From the NCBI GenBank assembly GCA_951406725.2, contig OX597821.1, forward strand, positions 60,388,001-60,452,000: a DNA stretch of 64,000 bases, given 5' to 3'. Within the stretch, counting starts at the first letter, position 1. Every line of letters begins with the position of its first letter. Under the pieces are notes generated by a model. The model was not told the origin of the DNA. It saw only the letters and a program-made list of their open reading frames with translations, and ran no database searches. The DNA is from Octopus vulgaris (lineage: Eukaryota). The position numbers were made by a program, and so were the translations under genes. Positions 39,060 to 52,869 of this stretch are shown here, one piece after another.

Positions 39060-39867
39060 GAAACAGACTGAAGAAAAATCCTGTGATCGACTTCGGTCTC
39101 CAGCCCAATGTCAGCAAGAAGGAAACAAACTTAATTCTGACATTCTCACCAGGAATTCTATTGCAACTAGACCTAACGTAAGCTCTACAGAACTGATGAC
39201 TGGATGTATATCTTCACTTCAGAAGCTGAAGCTTATTTGTCCGGAATGCCAAAAGGCAGAATGTTGCAAAGTATATTTGAGAAAGAAACTGTCCTCCTCC
39301 ATGCTGGATAAATTTAACTTGGCCCGGTCCTTATCCAGTTGTAGAGGCGTCATAAAAGAGGCTCGGTTTCGACCTCATCCCTCTGACAGTTCCGAAAGGA
39401 GTGTATTGCGTGCTTCACGTTTAAAGTTTCTTTCACAGTTCAATGCAAATAAACGTGCTAAGCATGGTGTGTGTAAAAACAAATCTTCAAAACTAGAAGT
39501 CGGTGCAGTATTTGGCCGTTGCTCTGAGAGATCATCTACCAATTTTGCATCTTTGGCTCAAAACACCCCTGAAACTTTCAAAATTCCTGTCTTGACGAAC
39601 GATACCACAGCCCCTCAGTTTTTAGCTTATCAGCACAACTTATCGCGTGAAATGCTTCCTTGTCCCTCTATGAACAGCCAATCTCCATTTGAAATGCGAC
39701 TGTCGTCTCTGGCAGTAAATTCCATTTCTCCCCTTTCTATAGAAAAGACTTGTTCTTTACAAGCCAGACTTGATGATATGAGTGTCAATGAACTTGCTTG
39801 TTACTTTGAAGAATTTGTTCATATCCCTAAAAAAATGAGTGAAATGGCTGAAATGATGTACAGGTAA
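39060..39867 (+). CDS. OSER1: OSER1-like final coding exon (spliced product about 393 aa if no intervening exon)
   Basis: Poly-T tract + CTAG|G acceptor at 39059/39060; TG+G restores Trp in frame with KQTEEKSC. The C-terminus TCSLQARLDDMSVNELACYFEEFVHIPKKMSEMAEMMYR* matches the conserved OSER1/DUF776 tail (..IPKKMSxMAEMMYT). Confidence 0.93.
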
Positions 39868-40005
39868 CAATGAGGACGATGAGATGACATGAATATCATC
39901 CTCATTATTATTATTATTACTAATTATTATTATTTTTATTATTATTCATTATTATTTTTCTGTTATTTTCTTAAAAAAAATCTGAAATGTTTTATTAAAA
40001 TTATA

Positions 40006-40011
40006 AATAAA
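40006..40011 (+). terminator. Polyadenylation signal of OSER1-like gene
   Basis: AATAAA about 140 nt after the stop codon, in an AU-rich 3'UTR and followed by T/GT-rich sequence. Confidence 0.55.
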
Positions 40012-43000
40012 AGGTTATTTAATTGTTCCCATTGAGTTATAATCATTTCAGTTTTATTTTTTCCTTATTTTGATTTGGGTTTGATGTATCTTTCTGTGAT
40101 GTAGATTCTTTACATGCATCTTGAACCTGTGCCACCTCCTCTGAGAGGCCTAATATTTTCAGTTTCCAGTTTGACTTAACTCCATATAACTTAATGCTTC
40201 ATAGGTGCATAGGGCAAGGATCTGTGCTATGCACCCATGCACTTTTCCATGCTTCCATGCTTTAAGATGGGATTTGTCGAGGCAGATTTTCTGTGGCTGG
40301 ATGTCCTTCTTGTTGCCAACCCTCACCTGCTGGTAAATAGGTGCACACAGACCTGCATGTGAACACACACACACGACTAGCTTCTTTCTGTTTCCATCTG
40401 CAAAATCCTTTCACAATGCTTTTGGTCAACCAAAGCCTTTCTTCTATCCATTCCAACACGTTTTTAATATTCAATCATTTTCTCTACTTGTAAGTTAACT
40501 TTGCATGCCCAGCAGTTGATATTTAGCTCATCCTTCTTCGGTTTTACTCCTTTATATTTACTGTCCATATTTCAGAACTGTAGGACATTATTTTAAAAGC
40601 ATTCGAATACAATCTCAATGTATAAGACTTCTTTCACCTTTTGTGAACATTGGAGGAAGCCTCTATGTGGTTGCTTCATCTGCTAGAAAAAGCTGCCAAA
40701 TCTCATTGGATTAGTATTCCAAGGAAGGACACAGATGATGTAATCACTGATACATGGATGCTATTTAGATGAATGATTAAGAAGACTTCTTTGCTATCAT
40801 GTTGCCCCCAAATTTGATATTACTGTATAATTTTAGGTGAATGCCTTTCCATAACCTCAGGTCAATCCAGTTGTTACAACTGAACCAAGGTAGAGGAGGA
40901 ACTGTTTCAAAGCTTCTTAGATGGATTGTTACTGGCACTCTGTCAGTTACAACGAAAGTTCCAGTTGATCCAATCAACAGAACAGTCTGTTAATCGTGAA
41001 ATTAACGTGCAAGTGGCTGAGCACTCCACAAACATATGTAACCTTACATAGTTCTCAGGAAGATTCAGTGGGACACGGGATGAAATGCAGTTACTACTGA
41101 CTTTTGCTGGTCAAGTGGACTGGAACAGTGTAAAATAAAGTATTTTGCTCAAGGACACAACGTAACATCGGATATTGAACTCATAACTTTACTAATCATG
41201 AGCTGAACGCCCCTAACCACTTAGCCACATGCCCTCACATTGATGAAATGTACCTGAAATCAAAGGGCCAGCCTTGTTATACAGATTCTACATCAACAAT
41301 ACTGTGGAATATTCTTTTCTGCTCTAGGCACAAGGCTTGAAATTTTAGGAGCTAGTTGATTAGATTAACCCCAGTACACAACTGGTATTTAATTTATTGA
41401 CCCCTAAAGGATGAAAGGCAAAGTTGACCTTGGCAGAATTTGAACTCAGAATGTAAAGACAGACGAAATACTGCTAAGCATTTTGCCCGGCGTGCTAATG
41501 TTTCTGCGGCCTCACCACCTTAATACTGTGGAATATTTATTTCTTTATTGCCCACAGGGGTCTAAACATAGATGGAACAAACACGGACAGACAAAGTTGA
41601 TTACATCGAAGCCCAGTGACTAAATGGTACTTATTTAATCGACCCCGAAAGGATGAAAGACATAAAGACAAGACAAGATACTGCTGAGCATTTCGCCAGG
41701 CGTGCTAACGTTTCTGCCAGCTCGCGGCCTTAACACTGTGGATTATTGGAATACTGAATGGATTGCTGTGGAATATTGTCATATGCTAATTCAATGGTGA
41801 GACTGTTCTGTTGATCAAATAGTTGAAACAGTCATTGGAACCACGAGAAATCCTTTTACGTGTGTCATGAACTTTAGGACTCATAAGACCGAAGCTTAAA
41901 CCAGTGACTGCTGAGACTGCCCTTCATCCTTCCCGAACGGGATACTGGTTGGTAGCCGGGTAAACTTCCCAGCTATATGTGTTTTTAAATGGCTTACAAG
42001 CACTTTCCACGCTGCAATTGTTTTTGTTTCAGCACACGATCTCAGATCAGGTCACTTGTTATGCAAATACATCTCCGTAATTATTACTTTAGTTACATTA
42101 AAATTAACTTCTTGTTTTGTCAGTTTGTCATAATAAAAGTTGTTTGCATTTAAAAAAATTTTTTTTTGTCGAATCTTTTCCTTACCATTTCTACTGATGA
42201 AAGCTATTTTGTTATATTGTTGTCATCACTTAATGTCCACTTTTCCATGCTTGCATGTGTCAAACAGAATTTATTTAGAATGATTTTCTACAGTTGGATT
42301 CCCTTCATGTTGACAACCCTCATCTGTTTCCAGGCAAGATAATATTTTCTTACATCTAAATGTTTTCCCACAGAAGATTGGAAATGAACTTCAATTGTAT
42401 GGTGGTAACACTCGTTTACAACCATCAGATATCAGGACAAGGGTACACACAGACACACCAACACACAACGGTGTATATGATGATGGTGGCAGCTCTTTGC
42501 ATCCAAAGATCATAAGGAAGAGTGGCAAGTGCATAAGTGGCTATATAAACTGATTCATGAATGACAGGCTCTGGCACACTTGAGACAAATAATTAGCCTT
42601 TGGTCAGTTGGGGATCATGACGGTGACCCTTTATATCAGTGATTCAAAACCATTTGTTGCTGATGGACCCCCCTAGTCCCTCTTATGTCTAATTCCTTTC
42701 TCAAGATACTAACACTCTATCGAACATGTACACTTACATTACACATCCAGCAGAGCATACTAGTCTCATTTCTTTCTAACCTTTGCATGTCCTCTGCATT
42801 CAGGGCCCACGTCCCACTACCATGTAAGTTGCCAGTGCCGCCCGACTGTCTCCTGTGCCGGTGGCGAGTAAAAAGCACCCACTACACTCGAAGTGGTTGG
42901 CGTTAGAAAGGGCATCAGCTGTAGAAACCTTGCCAGATTGGATTGGAGTCTGGAGCAGCCTTCTGATTTGCCAGCCCTCAATCAAACCGTTCAACCCATG

Positions 43001-44125
43001 CCAGCATGGAAAGCGGACGTTAAACGACGATGAGGATGATGATACATGCATCGTACAATCTTAGATCATGCCCATGTCCTGAAATTTTGGGAAAGGGGGC
43101 TTGTCATTTACAATCCACTCCAGTCCTTGACTGGTTCTTGTTTTATCAACCCTGAAAGGATGAAAGGTAAAGTAGACCGAGATGGTATTTGAACCCAGAA
43201 CATAAAGCTGGAAGAAATGCTTAATACTGTAGATACTGTCATAGATTTGGTTCCATAGTTAAGATTGATGTAAAGTGAAAAAAAAAAAATACAACTCTCA
43301 AAGTAGTATGGGCATATGTTGAGGGATGAGGAGCATGTTCTGAAGAGGGTGCTAGAGTTTGAGTTAAATGGACAGCAACAGCAAGGCAGACCGAGCAAAA
43401 ATGTGGTGGAGGAGATTGGGAAGGTTGGCTTGAAGGGACGATGCCCGAAACCGGGCGAGATGGTGTGAGGGCGGTTGGTATGGCATTGAGGTAGATCCGG
43501 CCACCCCCATTGACGGGGACAAAACCTGGATTTAAAATGATGGATGGTGATGAAAGTAGTAGACGATAAAAATATAGAAGTCGCTTGAATTTATACCTTC
43601 ATTACTTCTACCTAGGTGAACTTTTACATTATCTCAAGAATCAAATGATTCAGAAAACTATATAATTGCATCTTAAAATTTTCAATATAACCATGGAATT
43701 CCTCCTGGTATCATCAGTCCTTCATTAATTTTAGAAAAGTTTGCGTAATTATTTTCAAGGGAAGCAACTCTTTGTTCGACAATCTAAGGGACATAACTAT
43801 GTATTGAGAGCTTGAAATGTGCAACGATTGTTTACGTCTAAACACACACACACTTTCATGAAGACATAGGATGCATATATATCCGTATCATATTGACCCA
43901 TTATGCAAGTCGACGAGCTGGCAGAATCGATAGCACACCGGGCGAAATGCTTAGAATATTTCGTCTGTTTTTACGTTCTGAGTTCAAATTCCGCCGAAGT
44001 CGACTTTGCCTCTCATTCTTTGGGGGGACAATAAATTAAGTACCAGTTGCGTACTGAGGTCTATCTAATCAACTGGCTCCTCCCCTCAAATTTCAGGCAT
44101 TGTACCTATAGCAGAAAGGATATAA

Positions 44126-44354
44126 CCCATTAGTGTTCAATTTTTTTCTTTTAATTTATTACAAAAAATCTTTTTTTTTTTTATAAAACTTTATCTGATA
44201 CTAAATATATATAAAAAAATTGATCACAATATTTGAGAGACACTCCAGTCTTGATGATTAACTAAAGATATCTCAGAAAAATCCAGGTGTTGCAGAAATA
44301 TGATGGATTATCCTTTTGGTCCTTAAAAAAAAAAGGACCATGGGCGCTGATGGG
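44126..44354. mobile_element. piggyBac-like MITE
   Basis: ATAA|CCCATTAGTG...CGCTGATGGG|TTAA. Confidence 0.5.
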
Positions 44355-44699
44355 TTAAAGAGAAATATTTCATACACTCCTTAAGTAAATAATAAAAAAA
44401 GGAATAAAATAAGCAATTAACAACAAAATACCTAATATAAAACCAATAAAAAGTAAAAAATTCTTGGTACCATCGAATTATTTCCCTTTTGAAAACTCTG
44501 TGTGTGTGTGTGTGTGTGTGTCTTATTTAACGTGAATATACTGTAAGAGAATCTCGTATAGACGTTTGGTGCTAAAAAGTCCAGAAGTATCAGGAACAGA
44601 CGAAAAAAGGCTGTGGAATCGCCAGGTCTCGGGATTTCTGCGGATTTGCGCGTCATTGAGAGCAACTATCCACTATCAGTCACATGAGAAGCATGCAGC

Positions 44700-45455
44700 T
44701 GATAACACTGGTCAGCAAAATTAAATGTATTATACTCATTATGAATGCAAACCAACATTTTCCGATTAATTTTTCATGCTAATTTCAAAATTTCACTCCA
44801 TTTGTATGCAGCACGTATCAGTTTTTCAGTAGATACATGCAAATATTTACATATTTGTATATATGAAATCATTAACGTAATAAATAAGGACATATTACTT
44901 TTAGAAAGTAAATGAATTTATTGAGTTAAAAATCATCACTATCATTCTTCAAAGAGTGAATACGCAAAAAATGTCAGACAAAGTTAGAACAACAGAGTTA
45001 GAAACATTGTAATTTGGATTTCCTGCGGTGTTCCTGATCTGGTTGATCACAGTAAAGTGTCCAGCAGTAGTCAGCCAGCTTACTGTCATTCCAGAAGCCT
45101 TGGTACCATTTCTCCATAGCACTAATGTCCTGGTGAAATCTTTCACCATGTTCATCAGACATTGCTCTAAGGTTATCTGCGAAGAAATTCAGATGGGAGT
45201 CCTAGAAGTGAACTTTCAATGACATGCGACAACCCATTGCTGAGTAACATTTCAGAAGATTCTTTGTAGTCCATTGCCTTCTTGTTGCCCAAGAAGTTCT
45301 CATAGATTCAATTGAAAGCATTCCAAGCAGACAGTTCCAGTTCATCCAGTGTTGTCTTGAAGGCGACATCTTTGAATACTTCTTTAATTTTGGGTCTGAC
45401 AAAGATATCCTCTTTCAACTTTGTGTAATTTTGAGAAATTTTTCTATAATATACT
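44700..45455 (-). mobile_element. Decayed DNA-transposon transposase C-terminus (tentatively Sola-like)
   Basis: Broken frames give GCRMSLKVHF..SHL.., SDEHGERFHQDI..ME.WYQG.W...LADYCW. Superfamily assignment is uncertain. Confidence 0.6.
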
Positions 45456-45489
45456 CAAACCCTTCTCTTCCCTAGTGTTTTACAAACTG

Positions 45490-46950
45490 TTTCATCAGTC
45501 CTAGCATTCTGACCCATGATCTCTGTCTTTTTCAGGCCGAACTCTTGGCAGGCATCCGCCAGGGAGCTGACCAGCCTCTGGAGACCCGGCTGGTTGTGTG
45601 ATGTTAGGGCGGCATCGTCAGCAAAGAGGATCTCTCTGATCAGCACCTGACGGACTTTGGTCTTAGCTCTGAGGCGCGCAAGATTGAACAATCCACCATC
45701 AGCCCTTGTGTGGAGGAACACTCCGTCGTCGGACGTTCTGAAGGCATAGGACAGGACAAGGGAGAAGAAAATTCCGAAGAGCGTCGGCGCCAGAACGCAA
45801 CCCTGTTTCACTCCACTCTGGATGGGGAACGACTCCGAGGGCGATCCGTCAAACTGCACTGTTCCCTGCATACCGTCGTGAAAGGAGGTGATGAGTTTCA
45901 GCAGTCTGGAAGGGCAACCTATCCTACCCAGGAGCGCAAACAGCCCCTCCCTGCTGACTGAGTCGAACGCCTTAGCCAGGTCGATGAAGGCCACGTATAG
46001 GGGCTGTCTCTGTTCTCGACTCTTTTCTTGAAGCTGCCTGAGTGAGAAGATCATGTCGATTGTAGACCTCTCTGCCCTAAAGCCAGACTGAGACTCGGGG
46101 TACACACGCTCTGCAAGCATTTGCAACCTCTTCAGGACCACCCTGGCAAATGCCTTACCGACAGTGCTGAGCAGTGATATGCCCCTGTAATTATTACAGT
46201 CACTTCTGTCCCCTTTGTTTTTATACAGTGTGATGATGTTTGCGTCACGCATATCCTTAGGGACAGAGCCCTCCTCCCAGCACTGACAGAGCAGCTCGTG
46301 GAGATGGCCCAGAAGGGCTGGCTTCCCGCACTGGATGACTTCTGCGGGGATGCCGTCTTGCCCTGGTGCCTTGCCCCGAGCGAGTGAGTCAATTGCTTTG
46401 CTCAGTTCTTCCTTTGTTGGAGGCAGGTCAAGCTCCTCCAGGCAGAGCAGGAATGCCGGCGAGGGCAGACCTGGTGACCACATTCTCAGTGGAGTAGAGG
46501 TTCTGGTAATGCTCGACCCACCTCTCCATCTGCTTCGCTTGGTCCTTGATGACCTCGCCATCCCTGGACTTCAGTGGAGCAACCTTGCTGACAGTGGGCC
46601 CGAATGCTTTCTTCATCCCCCCGTACATCCCTTTCACGTTACCACTGTCAGCACAGCACTGGATGTTCTGGCATAAGTTCTGCCAGTAGATGTTGGCGCA
46701 ACGTCTGGGCGTCGCTTCTGGCTGTTCTCAGAGTAGCCAGGTTCTTTTCTGATGGGTCGCGCTTATAGTTGACCAGTGCTTCCCTCTTGGCAGTAATGAC
46801 AGGCTCCATCTCAGGCAGGTGAGCTTCAAACCAGTCTTGATTTCTCCGCTCCCTCTTTCCTAGGGATGACATGGCTATTCTGCAAGTGGTGTCGCGAATA
46901 AGCTGCCATCTCTCCTCGATGGACGTGGCTGCGTGATCTTTAAGGGCCTC
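45490..46950 (-). mobile_element. RTE-clade LINE RT fragment
   Basis: KAPGQDGIPAE, NYRGISLLS, PESQSGFR, FIDLAKAFDSV, GVKQGCVLAPTLF, DGGLFNLARLRAKTKV, LFADD; frameshifted and truncated at both ends. Confidence 0.95.
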
Positions 46951-47125
46951 CTCCATACATACACACATACATACATACATACATACACGTATACACACAC
47001 ACACAAACGGTCACTATATCTGGAACCATAAAAATCTGCAAGACTTTCTTAAGATTTAAAAGTCGATGAACAAAACAAGATGCCTTCCTTTACAACTTTG
47101 CTACAAAGTAGGTGGCCAGTCGAAA

Positions 47126-47638
47126 TCTATATATATAAAACTGTAGTTGTGTGAGTGTCTGTCCCCTTCGATTTAGATTCCTAGCTACTCCCACATTTTG
47201 CAGTGCAGTTTAACCAAATTCGGGTATCTTATAGTCGTGATTCATATCGAGCCCGTCTGAGTATTAGCGCGCGTCTACGATCAGTCTACGATTTAAAAAA
47301 TAATTTAAGATCATTTTTTATTCTATTTTAATGCATAATTCTTCGTGTGTCGATGGCGGCGGAGTTGGCGTCCATGGTCACACCTGCACCTGTTTGCTTC
47401 TCCCCCTTCTTCCCTCCCTCCTGAAGCTGTGGGGAAGGGAGTGTAAGGAAATCAACGTCGTAAAGCGTTGTCAAGGAGACCAGCGTTCTTTTAGAACAAC
47501 GACTTCATGGCTTGAAGACACCAAAACAGAAATGGGTAAGAAAGCCCGAATTGGCATCTATAAGGGAAGTAACTCTCTAAAAATGCTTATATAGTTATTT
47601 CCCTTACAAACCCGAGCAACGCCGGGCGATACTGCTAG
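47126..47638 (+). mobile_element. Non-autonomous Helitron
   Basis: A|TC...hairpin...CTAG|T. Confidence 0.8.
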
Positions 47639-48702
47639 TTTCTTCTAAAATAAAACGAGAAAAAGAAGAAGGAACACAAACACACACACACACAAACATA
47701 CGCACGCACAAACTCATATACATATTACATATGGTGGGCTTCCAGAGTTTTAGCCAAGCAAAATCATTCACAAGCCATTGGTCAGCCCGGGGCTATTGTA
47801 GAAGAAACTTGCCCAAGCTTAGAGCCTAACAAAATAGTATGTATGACATATTTTGCTTATTGATTTAGGTGCCTGCATAACCGTGAGCGCATAGAAACAG
47901 TCTCTTGGCTCTTTCACCTATGATTCAGTTGGACGGGAGGTCTGACAGCTGTGGGGAGAGAGAAAGGAGGAGAAGGAGGCTGCAGCAGCATTCAGCTGGT
48001 ATTTATTTTCAGCTGAGCTGAGTGGAAAACGTGAAATGATTTACCTTGCTCAAGGACAGAATGCGCCGTCCGGTTCAGAGATTGAAAAAAAGACAAACCC
48101 ACGTTTTTTTTTTCTTTACATAAAAAGTGATCTTATTTCTTTTAAACGTTAGCATGATTTTATGTACGTAAAGATCGAATCGCAATGTAATTACAAGGAC
48201 AATGATAAAAAAAAGGTTGGGGTGGAGTGGATTAAGCAGCAGGAGATGGTGGGTGGGTGGCTGGGGAGAAAAACGGGTTGTACCTCTCTGAGCAAATGAT
48301 ATGATTCTAGAGCCGTTACCGTGGAGAATTGCCAGTGACACTCGTTGCAGCAACCACCCCACCACGCATAGTTAATTTCTCAGGCAGACAACAGCTATCC
48401 CGATTTTGCGGGCGAAATCGGTTGTGCGGGGTTCGCGAACACCTGACGTCTTGACGGCGACAGGTACAAACTGATAGCGGCCGGTTAGGTTCATATAGTT
48501 AATTATTTAATCTTTTATTCTTTTACTTGTTTCAGTCATTTGACTGTGGGCATGCTGGAGCACTGCCTTTAGTTGAAAAAAATCGACCTCAGGACTTATT
48601 CTTTGTAAGTCTAGTAATTACTTTATCAGTTTCTTTAAATATTATTTTTTAGGGAATAAAAATTCCGGCATAACAGAGGTTCAAATTCTTCTCAATGAAG
48701 AA

Positions 48703-48916
48703 ATATATTTTAATTTAGAGATAGTAGATCCCTACATCTCACCAAATAAAAAGAATTTTTATTTTTATTTTAAATACCTACTGTTTTATCACTTGGCAAC
48801 ACGACCTCATGAAACACGTGTTGCCAAATAATAAAACAGTAGGTATTTAAAATAAAAATAAAAATTATTTTTATTTGGTGAGATGTAGGGGGTCTACTAT
48901 CACTAAATTAATATAT
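48703..48916. repeat. Long palindrome with about 95-bp arms inside a split SINE
   Basis: taatttagagatagtagatccctacatctcacc... mirrors ...ggtgagatgtagggggtctactatcactaaatta. The centre contains GAAACACGTGT. Confidence 0.85.
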
Positions 48917-48917
48917 A

Positions 48918-49448
48918 CTAGCAGTATTGCCCGGCGTTGCTCGGGTTTGTAAGGGAAATAACTATATAAGCATTTTTAGAGAGTTATAGCAAAAAAATGC
49001 ATTAAAAATGGAATAAAAAATGATGATAATTTTTTTTTTAAATCGTTGACTCAGTGTCTTCAAGCCATGAAGTCGTTGTTCTAAAAGAACGCTGGTTTCC
49101 TTCACAACGCATTACGACGTTGATTTCTTTACACTCCCTTCCCCACAGCTTCACGAGGGAGGGAAGGGGGAGAAGCAAACAGGTGCAGCTGTGAGCGTGG
49201 ACGCCAACTCCGCCGCCATCGACACACGATGCATTTTATGCATTAAAATGGAATAAAAAATGATGTAAAATTATTTTTAAAATCGTAGACTCATCGTTGA
49301 CGCGCGCTAATAGTCAGACGGGCTCGATATGAATCACGACTATAAGATACCCGAATTTGGTTAAACTGCACCGCAAAATGTGGGAGGAGTTAGGAATCTA
49401 AATCGAAGGGGACAGACACTCACACAACTAGAGTTTTATATATATAGA
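48918..49448 (-). mobile_element. Non-autonomous Helitron, inverted relative to the 47126 copy
   Basis: Reverse-complement copy with the same termini. Confidence 0.8.
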
Positions 49449-49749
49449 TATATATATCCGACGGGCTTCTTTCAGGTTCCGTCTACCAGATCCACTCACA
49501 AGGCTTCGGTCAGCCCGAGGCTATAGTAGAAGACACTTGCCCAAGGTACCACACAGTGGGACCGAACTCGGAACCATATGGTTGGGAAGCAGTTTATTCT
49601 TTTTACGACATTTATGAGTTCAATTCCTGTTAAAGGAGTTCGAGGTCTCTTTTCATGGAGATAGTGTAGGTTTGGTGCGAGGCGTTTAGGTTGCATGTAA
49701 ATGACGTCTGTATTCAGAAAGTTAAGGAGAAGAGAAGACGTGTATTATT

Positions 49750-50950
49750 TATATAGGATAAATCTTTGTGGGAAGTGATGTGACGGAAAATAAGTCATTG
49801 ATCCAACTTGACATGGATGCTTTGTCAGAACACCGAACACTGCGGCACATAGATAGTAGCAGACGAGAACGTCTGTCACGGGCGCCAGAATTCTCATGTC
49901 ACATAATTTCGGTGTGCTGGACCTCATCAGTGCAAGGGGTCCGGTCACCGCATGCCAGTCAAGTCTCGTTGCTTCGATATGTAGAATATCAACATCTTTT
50001 TAGACACTGATGCCGCAAATATCCACCAAGCTAGTAAAAAATTAATTATTAGTAACGTAAGCAGTATTAATATGTCCAGCTTAAAATGGCTGCCTTGTTA
50101 GTATGCCGAATACTGCGTTATTAGCCTTGAAAAATCCTCTCATATAGGCGCCGGCCGAAAAGTATGAGGTTGAAGATAAAATCTTGGGGTATGCCAGAGT
50201 TGAAAGGTGTGGGTGAGAAATAGTATATAGCTATGATAGTTCGATCTGACAGGAAAGTTCTTGATCCAATAGATGAGAGATCGATGGAGCTCAAAATCCA
50301 GTGGTTTAGCTAGATTTACATGGCGAGCACAACCGAATATTTTTTTAATGTGCCACGATATTGTTTCCAGAAAGTTTTCCGAGGGCGATGACACATTGAT
50401 GAGCGATGTAGGAGACAAGGTCTTGTGTAGGTCTGGCTTTACGAAAGTGTATTGGTGGGAAGTGTATTGGCGGCAAGTGTATTGGTGAGAAGTGTATTGG
50501 CGGGAAGTGTATTGGCGGGAAGTGTATTGGTGGGAAGTGCATTGGCGGGAAGTGTGTTGGTGGAAAGTGTATTGGCGGGAAGTGTATTGGTGGGAAGTGT
50601 ATTGGCGGGAAGTGTATTCGTGGGAAGTGTATTGGCGGGAAAAGTGTTGGAAATTGTAGCTGCGTCTAACATCTTTCAGATGCTGGAAGTAATAGTTTGT
50701 ATTACTGATGTTGTGCAGAGTCCATGACTAAAAAATTTACCCCTCTCAAGCTCTCATTCAGTTTGGTAGCAAACAAGCTGTGTAAATTAGTTTTGCTACA
50801 CTTCTCAGATCTGTGTGAGAGTTTGAGACTGATGATGCCCAGCTTAAAATATCTGCGGATCGTGATTGGAACCGGATGTCTGGTACGAATTCTTGCAACA
50901 GAATGACGTCGTCTATAGAAACCGAAAGACATGACAGTGGTGGAGATAAA
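49750..50950 (-). mobile_element. Possible decayed Penelope-like 3' region
   Basis: Minus-strand CTGATGA-GGT-loop-ACC-GAAA at 49907-49930 (stems I and III broken). Upstream broken ORFs resemble a PLE linker/GIY-YIG region only weakly. Confidence 0.35.
50445..50652. repeat. 15-bp tandem repeat, about 13 units
   Basis: Unit GGAAGTGTATTGG(C/T)G. Confidence 0.95.
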
Positions 50951-51249
50951 CCGGACAGCGTGTTAGGCCGCCTTCCCTCTTACACAATTGTTAGATCGGG
51001 TTAGGGAAAATAGCGTACATGTGAGTATTGGGTGGGTGGGACAGAGGAGCACTTCTGTCGAAATCTACCCTCTGGCAGGACGTTTAAAGTTAAGTTCGAA
51101 AACTGGTTTGTTTTCTATTATAATTTCATTCACACATAGAAAATATTATTAGAATATAAATCGGTCCCCAGGACTTGATTCCTTGAATATGTAATCATCA
51201 ACGCACTGCATTTTATATATTTGTCCCCGTTTGAGCGTCCTGTATTTCA

Positions 51250-51582
51250 ATGAGGTGATGATAGTGGTGGTGGAGGTGGTGAAAGTGGTGACGGTAGTGG
51301 TGGTGATTGCGGCGATGATGGTGGTGGTGGTAGTAATGTTGGGGTGGTGGTGGTAATGTTAGCGGTGGTAGCGGTGATGATGATGGTGGTAGTGTTGGTG
51401 GTGTTTGTCGTGGTGGAGGTGATGGTTGTGTGGGGTGGTGGTGATTGTGGTGATGATAGGGGTAGTGGTGATGGTGTTGGCCGCGGTGGAGGTGATGGTT
51501 GTGTGGGATGGTGATGATGGTGATGGCGGTGGTAGTGGTGCCGGTAACGGTGGTGGTGGTGGTGGTGGTGATGGTGGTGTTA
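51250..51582. repeat. Degenerate (GGT)n low-complexity tract
   Basis: GGT/GAT triplet runs. Confidence 0.9.
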
Positions 51583-51924
51583 TCCTCAGCTTTTGGGACG
51601 GTGTTAAGAGGAACTGAAAATGATATTTAAAAGTTATTGAGCTTTGTGTATGTACTTGCACATTCACTTAGTGAGGTGGTGGACGATGGAAGTGATGTTA
51701 GTCAAGGGAGTGGCAGGTGGGTGTGGGTGGTCGTAAACTTTGGTGAATATGTTTAACGATGGTTATGGTGGAGTTGGAGGTTAACGAAAGAGGTTGTCAG
51801 TGTTGCAGCCAGCATTGGCAGAACCATTTCTAAGTGAGAGTGCGGATGTTTGAGTCTTTAACTCTCTAGCAACTTCGGGACGGGAAACTGCATTAATATG
51901 AATTAATGAAGTTAACGCGCGATC

Positions 51925-51975
51925 GTACGCACGCGCACACACACACACACACGCACGCAGGATCACACACACACA

Positions 51976-52007
<32 letters not shown>

Positions 52008-52091
52008 CACACACACGCACGCACACACGCATGCACGCACGCACACACACACACACACATGCACACACGTACACACACACACACACGCACA

Positions 52092-52123
<32 letters not shown>

Positions 52124-52135
52124 TACACACACACG
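51925..52135. repeat. (CA)n/(CGCA)n compound microsatellite
   Basis: Directly visible; many other (TA)n, (CA)n, (GA)n, (TAA)n and (CATA)n tracts occur across the window. Confidence 0.95.
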
Positions 52136-52353
52136 ATTACACACTTTCTGATTTAAGTTTTGCTGAAAATGTTTGTCTGAAGCACGCAGACACACTCTAA
52201 CCCTAACCTTAACCTACATAGGCTTAGGAGTGGCAGTGTGGTAAGTAGTTTGCTTACCAACCACATAGTTCCGGGTTCAGTCCCACTGCGTGGCACCTTG
52301 GCCGACCAAAGCCTTGTGAGTGGATTTGGTAGACGGAAACTGAAAGAAGCTCG

Positions 52354-52415
<62 letters not shown>

Positions 52416-52416
52416 T

Positions 52417-52540
<124 letters not shown>

Positions 52541-52869
52541 CTTATGTGTCTGTGTTTGTCCTCCCAACATCGCTTGACAACCGATGCTGGTGTGCTTACG
52601 TCTCCGTAACTTAGCAGTTCGGCAAAAGAGAACGATAGAATAAGTACTAGGCTTACAAAGAATAAGTCCTGGGGTCGATTTGCTCGACTAAAGGCGGTGC
52701 TCCAGCATGGCCACAGTCAAATGACTGAAATAAGTAAAAGAATATAAAGAATATAATTACATAATTAATTTTAAATGTAAATCTGGGTTTTCTTTTTCTT
52801 TGGTTTACGAGAGACCTGCAGTTTGCTTGTGCAAGTGCTGTCAATCGAAAGCATCGCATACTGGACGCC

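Noticed and set aside
49907-49930. Functional hammerhead on the minus strand
   Set aside because: Core and stem II are present, but stems I/III and the NUH site cannot be formed convincingly; kept only as a relic.
52195-52216. Telomeric (TAACCC) repeat
   Set aside because: Only 3-4 imperfect units; typical of repeat-internal motifs, not a telomere.
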